Source: Chitinophagaceae bacterium (lineage in GTDB: Bacteria; Bacteroidota; Bacteroidia; Chitinophagales; Chitinophagaceae). From it: a DNA stretch of 64,000 bases. Below the pieces are notes generated by a model that saw only the letters and a program-made list of their open reading frames with translations, had not been told where the DNA came from and did not search any database. The DNA is taken from the NCBI GenBank assembly GCA_051647125.1, contig JBOFDP010000085.1, positions 50,548-114,547 of the forward strand, read 5' to 3'. Position 1 is the first letter of the stretch. Every line of letters begins with the position of its first letter. The position numbers and the translations under genes were made by a program. This document shows positions 28,518-38,222 of this stretch, piece after piece.

Positions 28518-28724
28518 TTATTTATAAATAGGTGTATATAGTGTACTCTCAGGAATCTGTAGATTAGGTTTTCCTCGATAAGAAAACCTATATAAACCAT
28601 AAGACATTCCTATTAAAAAAAATACCAATAAAATCCCTGACAAATAGGCTAAGAAATGAGAATAGGTTATCCAGTTTCTTAAACCATCATCATGAGTTGC
28701 AGACTTAGAACAACATTTGGACAT
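28518..28724 (-). CDS. Small membrane protein (hypothetical)
   Basis: 68 aa with one clear transmembrane segment (FLAYLSGILLVFFLIGMSYGLY). Lies downstream of rpsP on the same strand. Confidence 0.35.
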   Translation of the reverse strand: MSKCCSKSATHDDGLRNWITYSHFLAYLSGILLVFFLIGMSYGLYRFSYRGKPNLQIPESTLYTPIYK

Positions 28725-28762
28725 AATTAATAGAGTTTAATTTTTTTATTATTTTAAATTCT

Positions 28763-29263
28763 TTATTCCTTAGGAGGAGCTTCACTTGGAATAATAGGAA
28801 CAACTTTTTCTGTAAGTTCGTTAGCTGTTTTTATTTTTTGCTTTTTGGTATCTACAGAAAAATCCCATACTGCTTTTTGAGCTTCTTGCTTTTTATCCTT
28901 TACTTTCTTTATATTTTCAAGGACATCTATATCGTGTTTCTTTTTCCATTCTGAAAATTTTTGAATAGCGACACTACGTTCAAATAACCCTAACTTTACA
29001 CCACGCAATAAATGTTTAAAATACAATACTCCTTTATAGGATAATATTCCTTTTACTGTTTTTGTAGGTTGAGCACCATTTTCTATCCAACGCAATGCTT
29101 TTTGTTCATCAATTTGAATAGTTGCAGGGTTGGTTAATGGATTATATGTTCCTATCTTTTCTATAAATTTCCCGTCTCGTGGAGCTTTTGAATCGGCTAT
29201 TATAATAGAAAAAAATGGTCTTTTTTTAGCTCCTTGTCTTTGTAATCTAATTTTAACTGGCAT
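28763..29263 (-). CDS. rpsP: 30S ribosomal protein S16 with a Lys-rich C-terminal extension
   Basis: MPVKIRLQRQGAKKRPFFSIIIADSKAPRDGKFIEKIGTYNP. The track start 29287 is TTG; ATG 29263 is preferred. The long C-terminal extension is a known Bacteroidota trait. Confidence 0.9.
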   Translation of the reverse strand: MPVKIRLQRQGAKKRPFFSIIIADSKAPRDGKFIEKIGTYNPLTNPATIQIDEQKALRWIENGAQPTKTVKGILSYKGVLYFKHLLRGVKLGLFERSVAIQKFSEWKKKHDIDVLENIKKVKDKKQEAQKAVWDFSVDTKKQKIKTANELTEKVVPIIPSEAPPKE

Positions 29264-29305
29264 CTTAAATAAAGATTTATAATGCAAAAAATATTTTTAA
29301 CACTG

Positions 29306-29313
29306 CAAATATA
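29306..29313 (-). promoter_or_regulatory. Candidate -7 box for rpsP
   Basis: TATATTTG on the minus strand, 42 nt before ATG 29263. Confidence 0.45.
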
Positions 29314-29381
29314 AAGAAAAAAATGAATTCATAGAATTTAATTCTTTAATTCGGTTATATCTCCACTAAAGAAAATGCTCT

Positions 29382-31898
29382 TTATGTGGTTTTAGATTGT
29401 AGTTTTTTCTTTCTGTAGACATAAACCGAAAAAGCAATTATACCTATCCAAATAATCCATAAAGCAATAGATCCTATGGTTACATTTTTTGCTGCAGTAT
29501 CTAAAATTTTAGGACTAAAAACAAATAAAACTTCTCCCTCGCCTGCTGGTAAAGCCAAACCTCTAAGTACATAATTTGTTTTTATAATAGGGATTTCTTG
29601 CCCATTAAAATAAGCTGTCCACCCTTGATTTACATAAAAAATTTCACTAAATACCGCAAACTGAGGGGTAGTAGCACTATATTGATACCATATAGAATCA
29701 TTACGCATTTGGATAATCTTTATGGAGTCTGTTGTTGGATTATATTGTGGCGTTATAATTTGTGGTTTATACTGCTCATTCACAATAGCTATTTGTGATG
29801 AAAAACTATCCAGTGCTTTCATTTCCTGTAAGGCATTGGATACATATTTTATATCTTTCACTAGCCAACATGCTCCTAAATTATCAGGATTTATAGAAAT
29901 TTTTTCTCTACCATCTTGTCCTGTAAACACAAAATATTTAGTATTCAACATATTATATATACTCCTATTATTTCTTCCTAATTGATAAGAAATTAAATCT
30001 TGATAAATACTTAATTTGGCAGGAGAATATCCTCCCGTCATATTATGATAATATGCCATATAAGAATCATTAAAAGGAGAAATAGTCTGCCTTAAATCTG
30101 TTACTCTATAGTAAGTAGTATCTTGAAGCAACAAATCATTAATAGGTGTTTTTTGCAATTGTATAGGTAAGGTTTCACTATTGTCTGTAAATGTTTCTTT
30201 ATTCACAAAATTTAAATCTTCTTTTAATACATCTGCAAAGGCAATAACTCCTATAAAAATAAACGCATAGGTATATTTAATTTTCTTGTAAAGCACTAAA
30301 GCCACCAAAGCCACACTAATACCAATCATCCAAAGACATTGCCCAAGATTAAATAAATAAATTTTTTGACGTTCTTTAACTACTGCATTAAAAAAACCCT
30401 TAAAAAAAGATTGTCCTTGATCTGCTGTAATATTATTATTTATATAAAATAATGTTTGCTCGTCTTTAGGAGATAAAAAATTTAATCCCACATACATCAT
30501 TAACAAAAAAATCAATAAGCCTCCTGCTGTATATAATACCTTTTTTATATAGATAGTAGGATTCAAATCTTTTCTTGCAAACTCATTTAAACCTAAAATT
30601 GCTAATAAAGGAATTAATAATTGTGGAATTACCATAATCATAGAGGGTGCCCTAAACTTGTTGTAAAAAGGGAGATATTTCCAGATCAGCTCATTGAAAC
30701 TCCAAAAATACCCACCCCAAGCCAAAAAGATAGAAAGTATAATAACTCCCAAAAGATACCATTTAATTTTATTACGTACAACAACCAGTGCTACTAATGC
30801 AAAAAACACTAAAAGAATACCCACATAAGGAGGTCCTACGGTAGACCCTATTCCTCCCCAATAAGGAGAAGTAACACGAGTAATTCCAGTTTGTTGTGCT
30901 TCTTGTATATGTTCTTGTACATAATTCATTACAGGACCGTCCTCTTGCCATTGAGTAATATCTCCACCTCCAAAACAATTAGCCATCATCAATACTAAAG
31001 GTTCTCCTATACGCATGCTATAGCTCATAGCATAAGCACTATCATGCCCAGTACTAGGAGCAATTTGTTTAATCTGATTATCGGTTATATTAATATCCGG
31101 CAAACTACTTCCTCCTCTTGTACTAGCTTTGGAATATTCTGATAATACACTAGTAATGCCAGAATTAACCAGATAGGATAGGGCTAATAATATTACTACA
31201 ATAAAACCATGTCTAAACAATAGTCCCCATTTTTTTTCTTTAATATCATGAACCACATAATATAAAACAAAGAAAAACAAAACGATAAGCGTATAATATA
31301 TAATTTGAAGATGGGCAAATTGAAAGGCGGCAATAGTACTTACAGAAAAAAGTAATATCCCCGTAAGATATTTTTTTTTCCATATAAACATACATCCACC
31401 CAAAATAAACGGCATTAAAGCAATGGTTGCCATCTTGGTGTAATGTCCTGCATAAGGGCTAATAATTACTATATTATAAGTAGCAAAAGCATAACATAAA
31501 CCTATTACAATACCCAATATTTTTTTTACCCTAAATGCACAAGCCAAGACATAAAACCCCAAAGCTGCCCAAAAAAACATATTAATAGGATACGGTAACA
31601 CATAGTCCATGTAGGTTCTAAATGGAGGTATATTAATAGCAGGGTCAATAGTTCCTCCTCCTAATGCAAATTCTGGCAAGCCTGAAAACATATTCGTTTT
31701 CCATAGTTTACCTGGATGATAACTATTTTTTGCTCCCGCACCTGTCATTCCAGAAAAAGAAGATTGATCGTGGGTAACAATAGTATCTCCATATAAAGCA
31801 GGAGAAAAATAGATTGTTGTAACTACTAAAAATACTAATATACTAACGATATGAATATACCAGGAATTTTTTTCAAACCAATTTTTATGTTTTATCAT
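29382..31898 (-). CDS. Large polytopic membrane protein, YfhO-like
   Basis: 838 aa with many transmembrane segments in the N-terminal two-thirds, a large extracytoplasmic C-terminal domain and one final transmembrane segment. The architecture fits the YfhO family. No motif-level proof. Confidence 0.5.
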   Translation of the reverse strand: MIKHKNWFEKNSWYIHIVSILVFLVVTTIYFSPALYGDTIVTHDQSSFSGMTGAGAKNSYHPGKLWKTNMFSGLPEFALGGGTIDPAINIPPFRTYMDYVLPYPINMFFWAALGFYVLACAFRVKKILGIVIGLCYAFATYNIVIISPYAGHYTKMATIALMPFILGGCMFIWKKKYLTGILLFSVSTIAAFQFAHLQIIYYTLIVLFFFVLYYVVHDIKEKKWGLLFRHGFIVVILLALSYLVNSGITSVLSEYSKASTRGGSSLPDINITDNQIKQIAPSTGHDSAYAMSYSMRIGEPLVLMMANCFGGGDITQWQEDGPVMNYVQEHIQEAQQTGITRVTSPYWGGIGSTVGPPYVGILLVFFALVALVVVRNKIKWYLLGVIILSIFLAWGGYFWSFNELIWKYLPFYNKFRAPSMIMVIPQLLIPLLAILGLNEFARKDLNPTIYIKKVLYTAGGLLIFLLMMYVGLNFLSPKDEQTLFYINNNITADQGQSFFKGFFNAVVKERQKIYLFNLGQCLWMIGISVALVALVLYKKIKYTYAFIFIGVIAFADVLKEDLNFVNKETFTDNSETLPIQLQKTPINDLLLQDTTYYRVTDLRQTISPFNDSYMAYYHNMTGGYSPAKLSIYQDLISYQLGRNNRSIYNMLNTKYFVFTGQDGREKISINPDNLGACWLVKDIKYVSNALQEMKALDSFSSQIAIVNEQYKPQIITPQYNPTTDSIKIIQMRNDSIWYQYSATTPQFAVFSEIFYVNQGWTAYFNGQEIPIIKTNYVLRGLALPAGEGEVLFVFSPKILDTAAKNVTIGSIALWIIWIGIIAFSVYVYRKKKLQSKTT

Positions 31899-31923
31899 AT
31901 AAGATTAAGAAATTTATTTGTTG

Positions 31924-31931
31924 CAAAAATA
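31924..31931 (-). promoter_or_regulatory. Candidate -7 box
   Basis: TATTTTTG on the minus strand, 25 nt before ATG 31898. Confidence 0.4.
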
Positions 31932-31955
31932 TATTACTATTTTAAAATACTACTT

Positions 31956-34430
31956 TTATAAATTAATCCACTCCATTTCAGCAATTTTTTCATCTACCGG
32001 TATTTTGTTTCCTATGGCTTTCCAGCCCATCACTTCTACCCAAGTATTCGTATTAGCTTGAATATACAAAGGCATTCCTTTTTTACCCATATTGAGTTGT
32101 AAAGTTGGGTATTCTTGTGTTGTGGCTATTTGTACATAATTCCCTTTACCTTCCTTGATAAAAGAAAACTTTGTTTTTATAGTAGAGGTTTCTATTTTAA
32201 ATCGCTTGATGTAATATTGCTTTTTTTCATTATCCCAGTATATCGTGGTTATCACCTCCTCAGAATCAAATTTTTGAATATGCAATAGCTGGTTTGAATA
32301 AAAATATTTATTTAAATCAACCTCTGTAATTTCATAGTTGCCATCTTTATAAATTAATAATAAAAAATCTCCAGTATTAAAATTTCCTAAATATTGACCA
32401 CGGTTATTGGTATTAAGTCTATTAAAAGTAGCATCAAAATATAGATTTTGTCCTCCAAACTGAGCTTTCCCTTTAGCTATTAATTTTACTGTACGAACAG
32501 GATATTTAGTAACCTGATTACCTATAGAAACTCTGTTTTTAATTTCTAAAGATTTAAAATCCAATTCTATCTCTTTGTTTTTAGCACTACAATTAGGACT
32601 TAAAGTAAATTTTATTTTCTCAGTTTCTCCTAATGGATTCGAGGTAAAATATAAAACTTTAGACTTTGCCGTTCCTTTGGTCAAAATATATTGCTTATCT
32701 CTAGTTACACCACCCACCTGAAAACGTTTCGCCATCGTAGTGCCAGTGGCACCATCCAAATACACCATATTGTAGGTCGTTTTTATATCATTTTTCTTAA
32801 ATACAGCTATGTGAATAATATTTTTCCCTATAAAAGCCTTATCACTCACTTTGACAACCTTCATAGTGCCTTCTTTCGTAAAAGCTACAATATCATCTAC
32901 ATCAGAGCAATCAAATATATGTTGATCTTTTTTTAATCCTGTACCCAAAAAACCTTCTTCAAAATTAGCATACAACTTTACATTAGCAATAGCAATATTA
33001 CGCACTTCTAAAGTTTCTATTTCTTGTATTTTTGTCTTTCGTTTTCTGTCTTTTCCGTATTTTATTTTTAGTTTTTCAAACCATTGTATAGCATATTCTA
33101 CCAAATTGTTAAGGTGGTATTTGGTTTCTTTAATATCTTTTTCTATGGCTTTAATTTGTGCATCTAATTCGTCAATATCTAATTTATAAATTCTACGCAC
33201 TGGTTTTTCTGTAAGTTTAAGAATATCCTCAGTAGTAATTTCTTTTTTAAGCTTCTTTAAAAAGGGAATAAAGGCATTTTTAATAGCTAATAGCACCACC
33301 TCCCAAGAGTTGTGTTTTTTTTCTAATTCTTGATAAATTTTTTCTTCAAAAAATATTTTTTCTAGGCTAGTATAATGCCATTTTTCTTGTAATTCTAACA
33401 AATGAATTAAAAGTTCTTTTTGTAATAAAGATTTGGTATTTTCTGTGGAAAAAGTAAGTAGCTCATCCACCCCTATAAAGCAAGGTTTTTTGTCGATAAT
33501 AACACAAGTATTAGGAGAAATACTTATTTCACAATCCGTAAAAGCATACAAAGCGTCAATCGTTTGATCGGTAGTAATACCTTGAGCTACATCTACTTGT
33601 ATTTCCACCTCTGCCGCCGTATTATCAGTAATTTTTTTTATTTTAATTTTTCCCTTATCGTTGGCACTTAAAATACTATCTATAAGTTGAGTAGTAGTTA
33701 CCCCATAAGGTACATTACAGATAGATAATGTTTTTTTGTCTATTTCTCTAATTACACACCTTAACTTAATTTTTCCTCCTCTTTTACCATAATTATATTG
33801 AGTAGCATCCATTAAACCACCAGTAATAAAATCTGGTAAGAGTTGAAATTTTTTTCCTTTCAAATATTGAATACTTGCATCACAAAGTTCTATAAAATTA
33901 TGTGGTAATATTTTTGTACTTAACCCTACAGCAATACCTTCAACACCCTGAGAAAGCACTATGGGAAACTTAGCAGGCAAAGTAACAGGTTCTTTTTTTC
34001 TACCATCGTAACTTAGTTGCCATTCTGTAATTTTGGGTTGATAAAGCACCTCCAAAGCAAACTTGCTTAATCTTGCTTCTATATATCTTGCAGCAGCAGC
34101 ACTATCTCCAGTACATACATCGCCCCAATTACCTTGCGTATCTATCAGTAAGTTTTTCTGGCCCATATTCACCAAAGCATCTCCGATAGAAGCATCTCCA
34201 TGAGGATGATATTGCATACTTTGACCTATGATATTGGCTACCTTATTATATTTACCATCATCCATTTCTTTCATTGCATGAAGAATTCTACGTTGTACAG
34301 GTTTTAACCCATCCTCTATAACAGGTACAGCTCGATCCAAAATAACATAAGAGGCATATTCCAAAAACCAATTTCTATACAGATTTTTTATACCTTTACT
34401 GTTTTCTATAGTAGTTTCAAAATTAGACAT
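31956..34430 (-). CDS. parC: DNA topoisomerase IV subunit A (GyrA/ParC family)
   Basis: ..LDRAVPVIEDGLKPVQRRILHAM.., ..YHPHGDASI.., ..AAARYIEARLS... Its length and divergent C-terminal domain fit Bacteroidota ParC better than GyrA. Confidence 0.8.
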   Translation of the reverse strand: MSNFETTIENSKGIKNLYRNWFLEYASYVILDRAVPVIEDGLKPVQRRILHAMKEMDDGKYNKVANIIGQSMQYHPHGDASIGDALVNMGQKNLLIDTQGNWGDVCTGDSAAAARYIEARLSKFALEVLYQPKITEWQLSYDGRKKEPVTLPAKFPIVLSQGVEGIAVGLSTKILPHNFIELCDASIQYLKGKKFQLLPDFITGGLMDATQYNYGKRGGKIKLRCVIREIDKKTLSICNVPYGVTTTQLIDSILSANDKGKIKIKKITDNTAAEVEIQVDVAQGITTDQTIDALYAFTDCEISISPNTCVIIDKKPCFIGVDELLTFSTENTKSLLQKELLIHLLELQEKWHYTSLEKIFFEEKIYQELEKKHNSWEVVLLAIKNAFIPFLKKLKKEITTEDILKLTEKPVRRIYKLDIDELDAQIKAIEKDIKETKYHLNNLVEYAIQWFEKLKIKYGKDRKRKTKIQEIETLEVRNIAIANVKLYANFEEGFLGTGLKKDQHIFDCSDVDDIVAFTKEGTMKVVKVSDKAFIGKNIIHIAVFKKNDIKTTYNMVYLDGATGTTMAKRFQVGGVTRDKQYILTKGTAKSKVLYFTSNPLGETEKIKFTLSPNCSAKNKEIELDFKSLEIKNRVSIGNQVTKYPVRTVKLIAKGKAQFGGQNLYFDATFNRLNTNNRGQYLGNFNTGDFLLLIYKDGNYEITEVDLNKYFYSNQLLHIQKFDSEEVITTIYWDNEKKQYYIKRFKIETSTIKTKFSFIKEGKGNYVQIATTQEYPTLQLNMGKKGMPLYIQANTNTWVEVMGWKAIGNKIPVDEKIAEMEWINL

Positions 34431-34578
34431 TGTATATTTGGTTAGAAAAAAATCAGTGCAATATTAAATCTTTTTTAATACAAAAAAATAGTATTTATTC
34501 TATAAATATATCCCTATGACAACTAAAGCAATGAAGTTTTCGAACTATGAAAAATCTATTTTTATGGAATAAATAGAT

Positions 34579-34586
34579 TATTTTTG
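34579..34586 (+). promoter_or_regulatory. Candidate -7 box; near-leaderless start
   Basis: TATTTTTG, only 6 nt before ATG 34593. Confidence 0.4.
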
Positions 34587-34592
34587 TAAGTT

Positions 34593-35492
34593 ATGGATTA
34601 TACCATAAACGATAATAATCAATTAAAAGAAAGGCAACAAATAAATGATTCTAATAAAAAAGCTTTTTTTATTAGTTGTTTCCTATGCTTATTGCTTTTT
34701 TTAAGCTTCTTGTTTATTAAACGAAAAGAGCCTCCTTTAGTAGAGATTGCTGGAGAACAGGAAATGGAGGTCAATATAGGCAATATAGAGAATGCTTGGG
34801 GCAATGACCAAAGTTTAACTCCAAACACCTCCAGTAGCCAAGAAGTGAACGAAGAACATATAACAGAGGCTTCTACTCCTATAGAAGAACATAACTTAGC
34901 TACAGACGATAATAGTGATGTAAAAACCTCTTCTTTTTCTCCTAAAAAACTAAACAAGCAAGTCGTAGAACCCAAATCTACAAACCCTACACCTCCCCAA
35001 GTTATTAATCAAGAACAAAACTCCTCTCTCCCAGAAAAAGCCCCACCTCTTCCAAAACCTAAAGCAGTAATGAGCGCTCTTGTTAAAGAAAATATAAACA
35101 AAGAAGAAAACCAATCGGATTCGTACAATAAAAGAGGCAATCAAGGTACTACTCAAGGTAATGGAGATATGGGCATGCTTCTAGGTTCTGAAGGTGGAAT
35201 AACTGCTCCTGTAAGCTTTAGTATTGTAAAAGGTTTAAGTAATAGAAATATTGTTTATGTACCACAATATAGTGATGATTTTAATAAAGAAGGGACTGTA
35301 AGAGTGCGTGTTTCTTTTAATAATACCGGCAATGCTATTGGGGCATCTTTTTACATGCCCGGCTCGAACACAACAGACAAAATACTAATTAACTTAGCTC
35401 TCAAAAGAGCAAAATCTATTAAACTTAATCAAGACCCATCTGCACCCATAGAACAAGAAGCAATTTTTGAATTTCTGTTTAAAATAAAGTAA
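34593..35492 (+). CDS. TonB-family energy transducer-like protein
   Basis: N-terminal transmembrane anchor (FFISCFLCLLLFLSFLFI), a Pro/Lys-rich spacer (..PPLPKPK..), and a C-terminal domain ..EGTVRVRVSFNNTGNAIGA....LINLALKRAK. Confidence 0.55.
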   Translation: MDYTINDNNQLKERQQINDSNKKAFFISCFLCLLLFLSFLFIKRKEPPLVEIAGEQEMEVNIGNIENAWGNDQSLTPNTSSSQEVNEEHITEASTPIEEHNLATDDNSDVKTSSFSPKKLNKQVVEPKSTNPTPPQVINQEQNSSLPEKAPPLPKPKAVMSALVKENINKEENQSDSYNKRGNQGTTQGNGDMGMLLGSEGGITAPVSFSIVKGLSNRNIVYVPQYSDDFNKEGTVRVRVSFNNTGNAIGASFYMPGSNTTDKILINLALKRAKSIKLNQDPSAPIEQEAIFEFLFKIK

Positions 35493-35499
35493 TTTTGTA

Positions 35500-36834
35500 A
35501 TGAACTACACTGAAACTTTATCTTTTCTATATGAACAACTACCTGTATTTAGTAGAATAGGACACCCCGCTTATAAAAAAGGTTTAGGTAATATTATAGC
35601 GCTATGCGATGCCCTTGATAACCCTCAAAAAAAAATAAAAACCATACACATAGCTGGAACCAATGGGAAAGGATCAACGAGTCATATATTAGCCTCAATA
35701 TTTCAAAAAGCTGGTTACAAAACAGGGTTGTTAACTTCTCCACATGTAATTGATTTTAGGGAACGTATTCGTAGTAATGGGGGAAAAATAAAAGAGACGT
35801 TTATAGTCAATTTTATACAAAAACTACTCCCTCTTATAAAAGAAAAAAAACCTTCCTTTTTTGAGCTTACTACAGCTATGGCTTTTGAATATTTCTATCA
35901 AGAAAAAGTTAATTATGCTATCATAGAAACTGGGTTAGGTGGTGAGTTTGATAGTACAAATATTATTGTTCCAAAAATATGTTTAATTACCAATATTGCC
36001 TATGATCATCAAGACATACTAGGTAATACCTTACAAGAAATTTCTACAGCTAAAGCGGGAATTATTAAACCCAATATACCTGTATTTATAGGCGATATAC
36101 CTCATGAAACAAAGTCTATATTTTTAGAAAAAGCTGCCGAAAAAAAAGCTCCTCTCGTCTTCTCAAAAGAAGCATATGAAATAACGCTACAACACTCTTC
36201 TTTAAAACAAAATACTTGGCTAATAGAAGAGAAAACACAGCATACCAAAACCTTGCTTTATACTGATTTATTGGGATATTACCAAGCGAATAATATCATT
36301 TTAGCAATGTCAGCATCTATGTGGTTTGTAAAAAAAGGGGTTTTAACAAAAAAACATTTGCATGAAGGTATTAAAACGGTAAAGAAAACAATACCTTTTT
36401 TCGGGCGATGGGATATACTGTCAGAATCTCCCCTTATCATTGCAGACGTAGCACATAATGAACACGGTATCCAACAGGTTATATCTCAAATCTATAAAAT
36501 ACAACCAGGAAACTTACATATTCTTTACGGCATGACAAAAGAGAAATCTATAGAAAAAATATTTTCTCTACTCCCAAAAAATGCTCATTATTACTTTACA
36601 CAAATAAAAGGCAATATTCGCTCTAAAGCTTCCGAAGAAATCCAACAAATAGGAAAAAAATATAATTTACAATGTTGTTCTTTTCTGACTATTTCTGAAG
36701 CCTTACAAGCGGTTAAAAAAAAGCTCCAAACAAAGGATACTCTTCTCATCACGGGAAGTATCTTTTTGGTAGGAGAAGTATATCAACAAATAGGAAAAAT
36801 ATTTACACAAATAAAAAATATATTTTATGAATAA
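35500..36834 (+). CDS. folC: Folylpolyglutamate synthase / dihydrofolate synthase
   Basis: P-loop HIAGTNGKGST, ..IETGLGGEFDSTN.., ..DVAHNEHG... Confidence 0.88.
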   Translation: MNYTETLSFLYEQLPVFSRIGHPAYKKGLGNIIALCDALDNPQKKIKTIHIAGTNGKGSTSHILASIFQKAGYKTGLLTSPHVIDFRERIRSNGGKIKETFIVNFIQKLLPLIKEKKPSFFELTTAMAFEYFYQEKVNYAIIETGLGGEFDSTNIIVPKICLITNIAYDHQDILGNTLQEISTAKAGIIKPNIPVFIGDIPHETKSIFLEKAAEKKAPLVFSKEAYEITLQHSSLKQNTWLIEEKTQHTKTLLYTDLLGYYQANNIILAMSASMWFVKKGVLTKKHLHEGIKTVKKTIPFFGRWDILSESPLIIADVAHNEHGIQQVISQIYKIQPGNLHILYGMTKEKSIEKIFSLLPKNAHYYFTQIKGNIRSKASEEIQQIGKKYNLQCCSFLTISEALQAVKKKLQTKDTLLITGSIFLVGEVYQQIGKIFTQIKNIFYE

Positions 36835-37048
36835 GAAAATAAACACATATCAAAAATGGGATAATATTATTTACGAACTCATTGCGAGTATTTTATTAGG
36901 AATTGCCATTGGTTATTTTATAGATAAAAAAATATATGGCAAGCTACATTTATATATAGCTATCATACCAGCCTTTTTTATTATTTCTGTATTTGTTCGT
37001 TTATACATTCAAGTAAAAAAAGTAAACCAAAACAACAATACTCCGTAA
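36827..37048 (+). CDS. Small two-TM protein, AtpZ/AtpI-like
   Basis: 73 aa with two hydrophobic helices. Overlaps the folC stop. Family assignment is tentative. Confidence 0.35.
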   Translation: MNKKINTYQKWDNIIYELIASILLGIAIGYFIDKKIYGKLHLYIAIIPAFFIISVFVRLYIQVKKVNQNNNTP

Positions 37049-37404
37049 TGAAAAAAGTACTCCTATATATTGGTATTATTAGTATACTCATTGGCATTAC
37101 CTCATTATTTCAATTTTGCGGGTATCATCTACAAAAAAAAGATTTTATTTTTATGATTCTAATAGGATTTTTAAGTATGGTATTTTTGTTTTTAAAAATC
37201 ATAGTACTAAAGAAAGAAAACACTTTCTTAAATATTTTTTTTATGTACATTGCCTTTTTCCTTAAAATTAGTTGTTTTCTTCTTTTATATGTGGTTTTTT
37301 ATCTTAAAACAGAAAAAGTTTTTTTAGGGTTTTTCATACTTTTTTCACATTATTTAGTATATAATATTGTAGAAATTATTTTATTAAAAAAAATAAAAAT
37401 ATAG
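37048..37404 (+). CDS. Hypothetical membrane protein
   Basis: 118 aa with about 4 transmembrane segments. Its start overlaps the previous stop (TAATG). Confidence 0.4.
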   Translation: MKKVLLYIGIISILIGITSLFQFCGYHLQKKDFIFMILIGFLSMVFLFLKIIVLKKENTFLNIFFMYIAFFLKISCFLLLYVVFYLKTEKVFLGFFILFSHYLVYNIVEIILLKKIKI

Positions 37405-37415
37405 CTTTCTCTATT

Positions 37416-38048
37416 GTGGCAAATAAAAAAGTAGATTGGTCTTCCTTACAACAATTTATACCTCCTAATACTTTTTCATTTATCAACAATTTGTTGAATG
37501 AACATTCTATTAAAATAGTAATTACAAAACCTCGTAAACATATACTTGGTTATTATAAACCTCCTTGCTCAAATAATACCGAACACACTATTACTGTAAA
37601 TGGAAATCTTTCTCGATATGCTTTTTTTATTATCTTGATACATGAAATTGCTCATCTTAAAACTTTTGTATTATACAAAAACACAGTGGCAGGGCATGGC
37701 ATAGAATGGAAAAAAACTTATGCCGACTTGCTGAAACAAACGCTACTTCTAAATTGTTATCCCACTGATTTGGAAAATATAATAAGAAAAAAATCCTCAC
37801 AATTTTCTTCATTACGTTCCTGTACAGATAATGATATTTTGAGAATACTCAAAAAATATGAATCTCAGCATAAAGATAGCAGCATATATACTATAGAAAA
37901 TATAGGAATAGGAAGTAACTTTTTATATAAAGAAAAAATATTTTATATTAAAGAAAAACGCCGTACCCGATTTTTGTGTATAGACAAAAAAACACATCAA
38001 CAATATCTATTTCATGGTTTAGTAGATGTACAAAAAGCTATAGAATAA
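37416..38048 (+). CDS. SprT-like zinc metalloprotease domain protein
   Basis: HEIAH motif within ..FFIILIHEIAHLKTF..GHGIEWK... GTG start. Confidence 0.6.
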   Translation: MANKKVDWSSLQQFIPPNTFSFINNLLNEHSIKIVITKPRKHILGYYKPPCSNNTEHTITVNGNLSRYAFFIILIHEIAHLKTFVLYKNTVAGHGIEWKKTYADLLKQTLLLNCYPTDLENIIRKKSSQFSSLRSCTDNDILRILKKYESQHKDSSIYTIENIGIGSNFLYKEKIFYIKEKRRTRFLCIDKKTHQQYLFHGLVDVQKAIE

Positions 38049-38159
38049 ATAATAATAGTTTACCACTTATCAAGAAAAAAGTTTCTTAACCAAGTTCGTA
38101 AAGAGTTTCTATTTTTCTAATTTTATCTAACAATAAATACCAAAATCAATAGTTTACAT

Positions 38160-38167
38160 TACTTTTG
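38160..38167 (+). promoter_or_regulatory. Candidate -7 box for alaS
   Basis: TACTTTTG, 55 nt before ATG 38223. Confidence 0.4.
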
Positions 38168-38222
38168 CAGGCATATAAAAATTCTTTATATTTAAAGAAA
38201 ATGATTATATAAAAATACTACT

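Noticed and set aside
28232-28531. 99-aa plus-strand ORF.
   Set aside because: It is the antisense of tRNA-Leu and tRNA-Gly. The tRNA cloverleaves explain the sequence.
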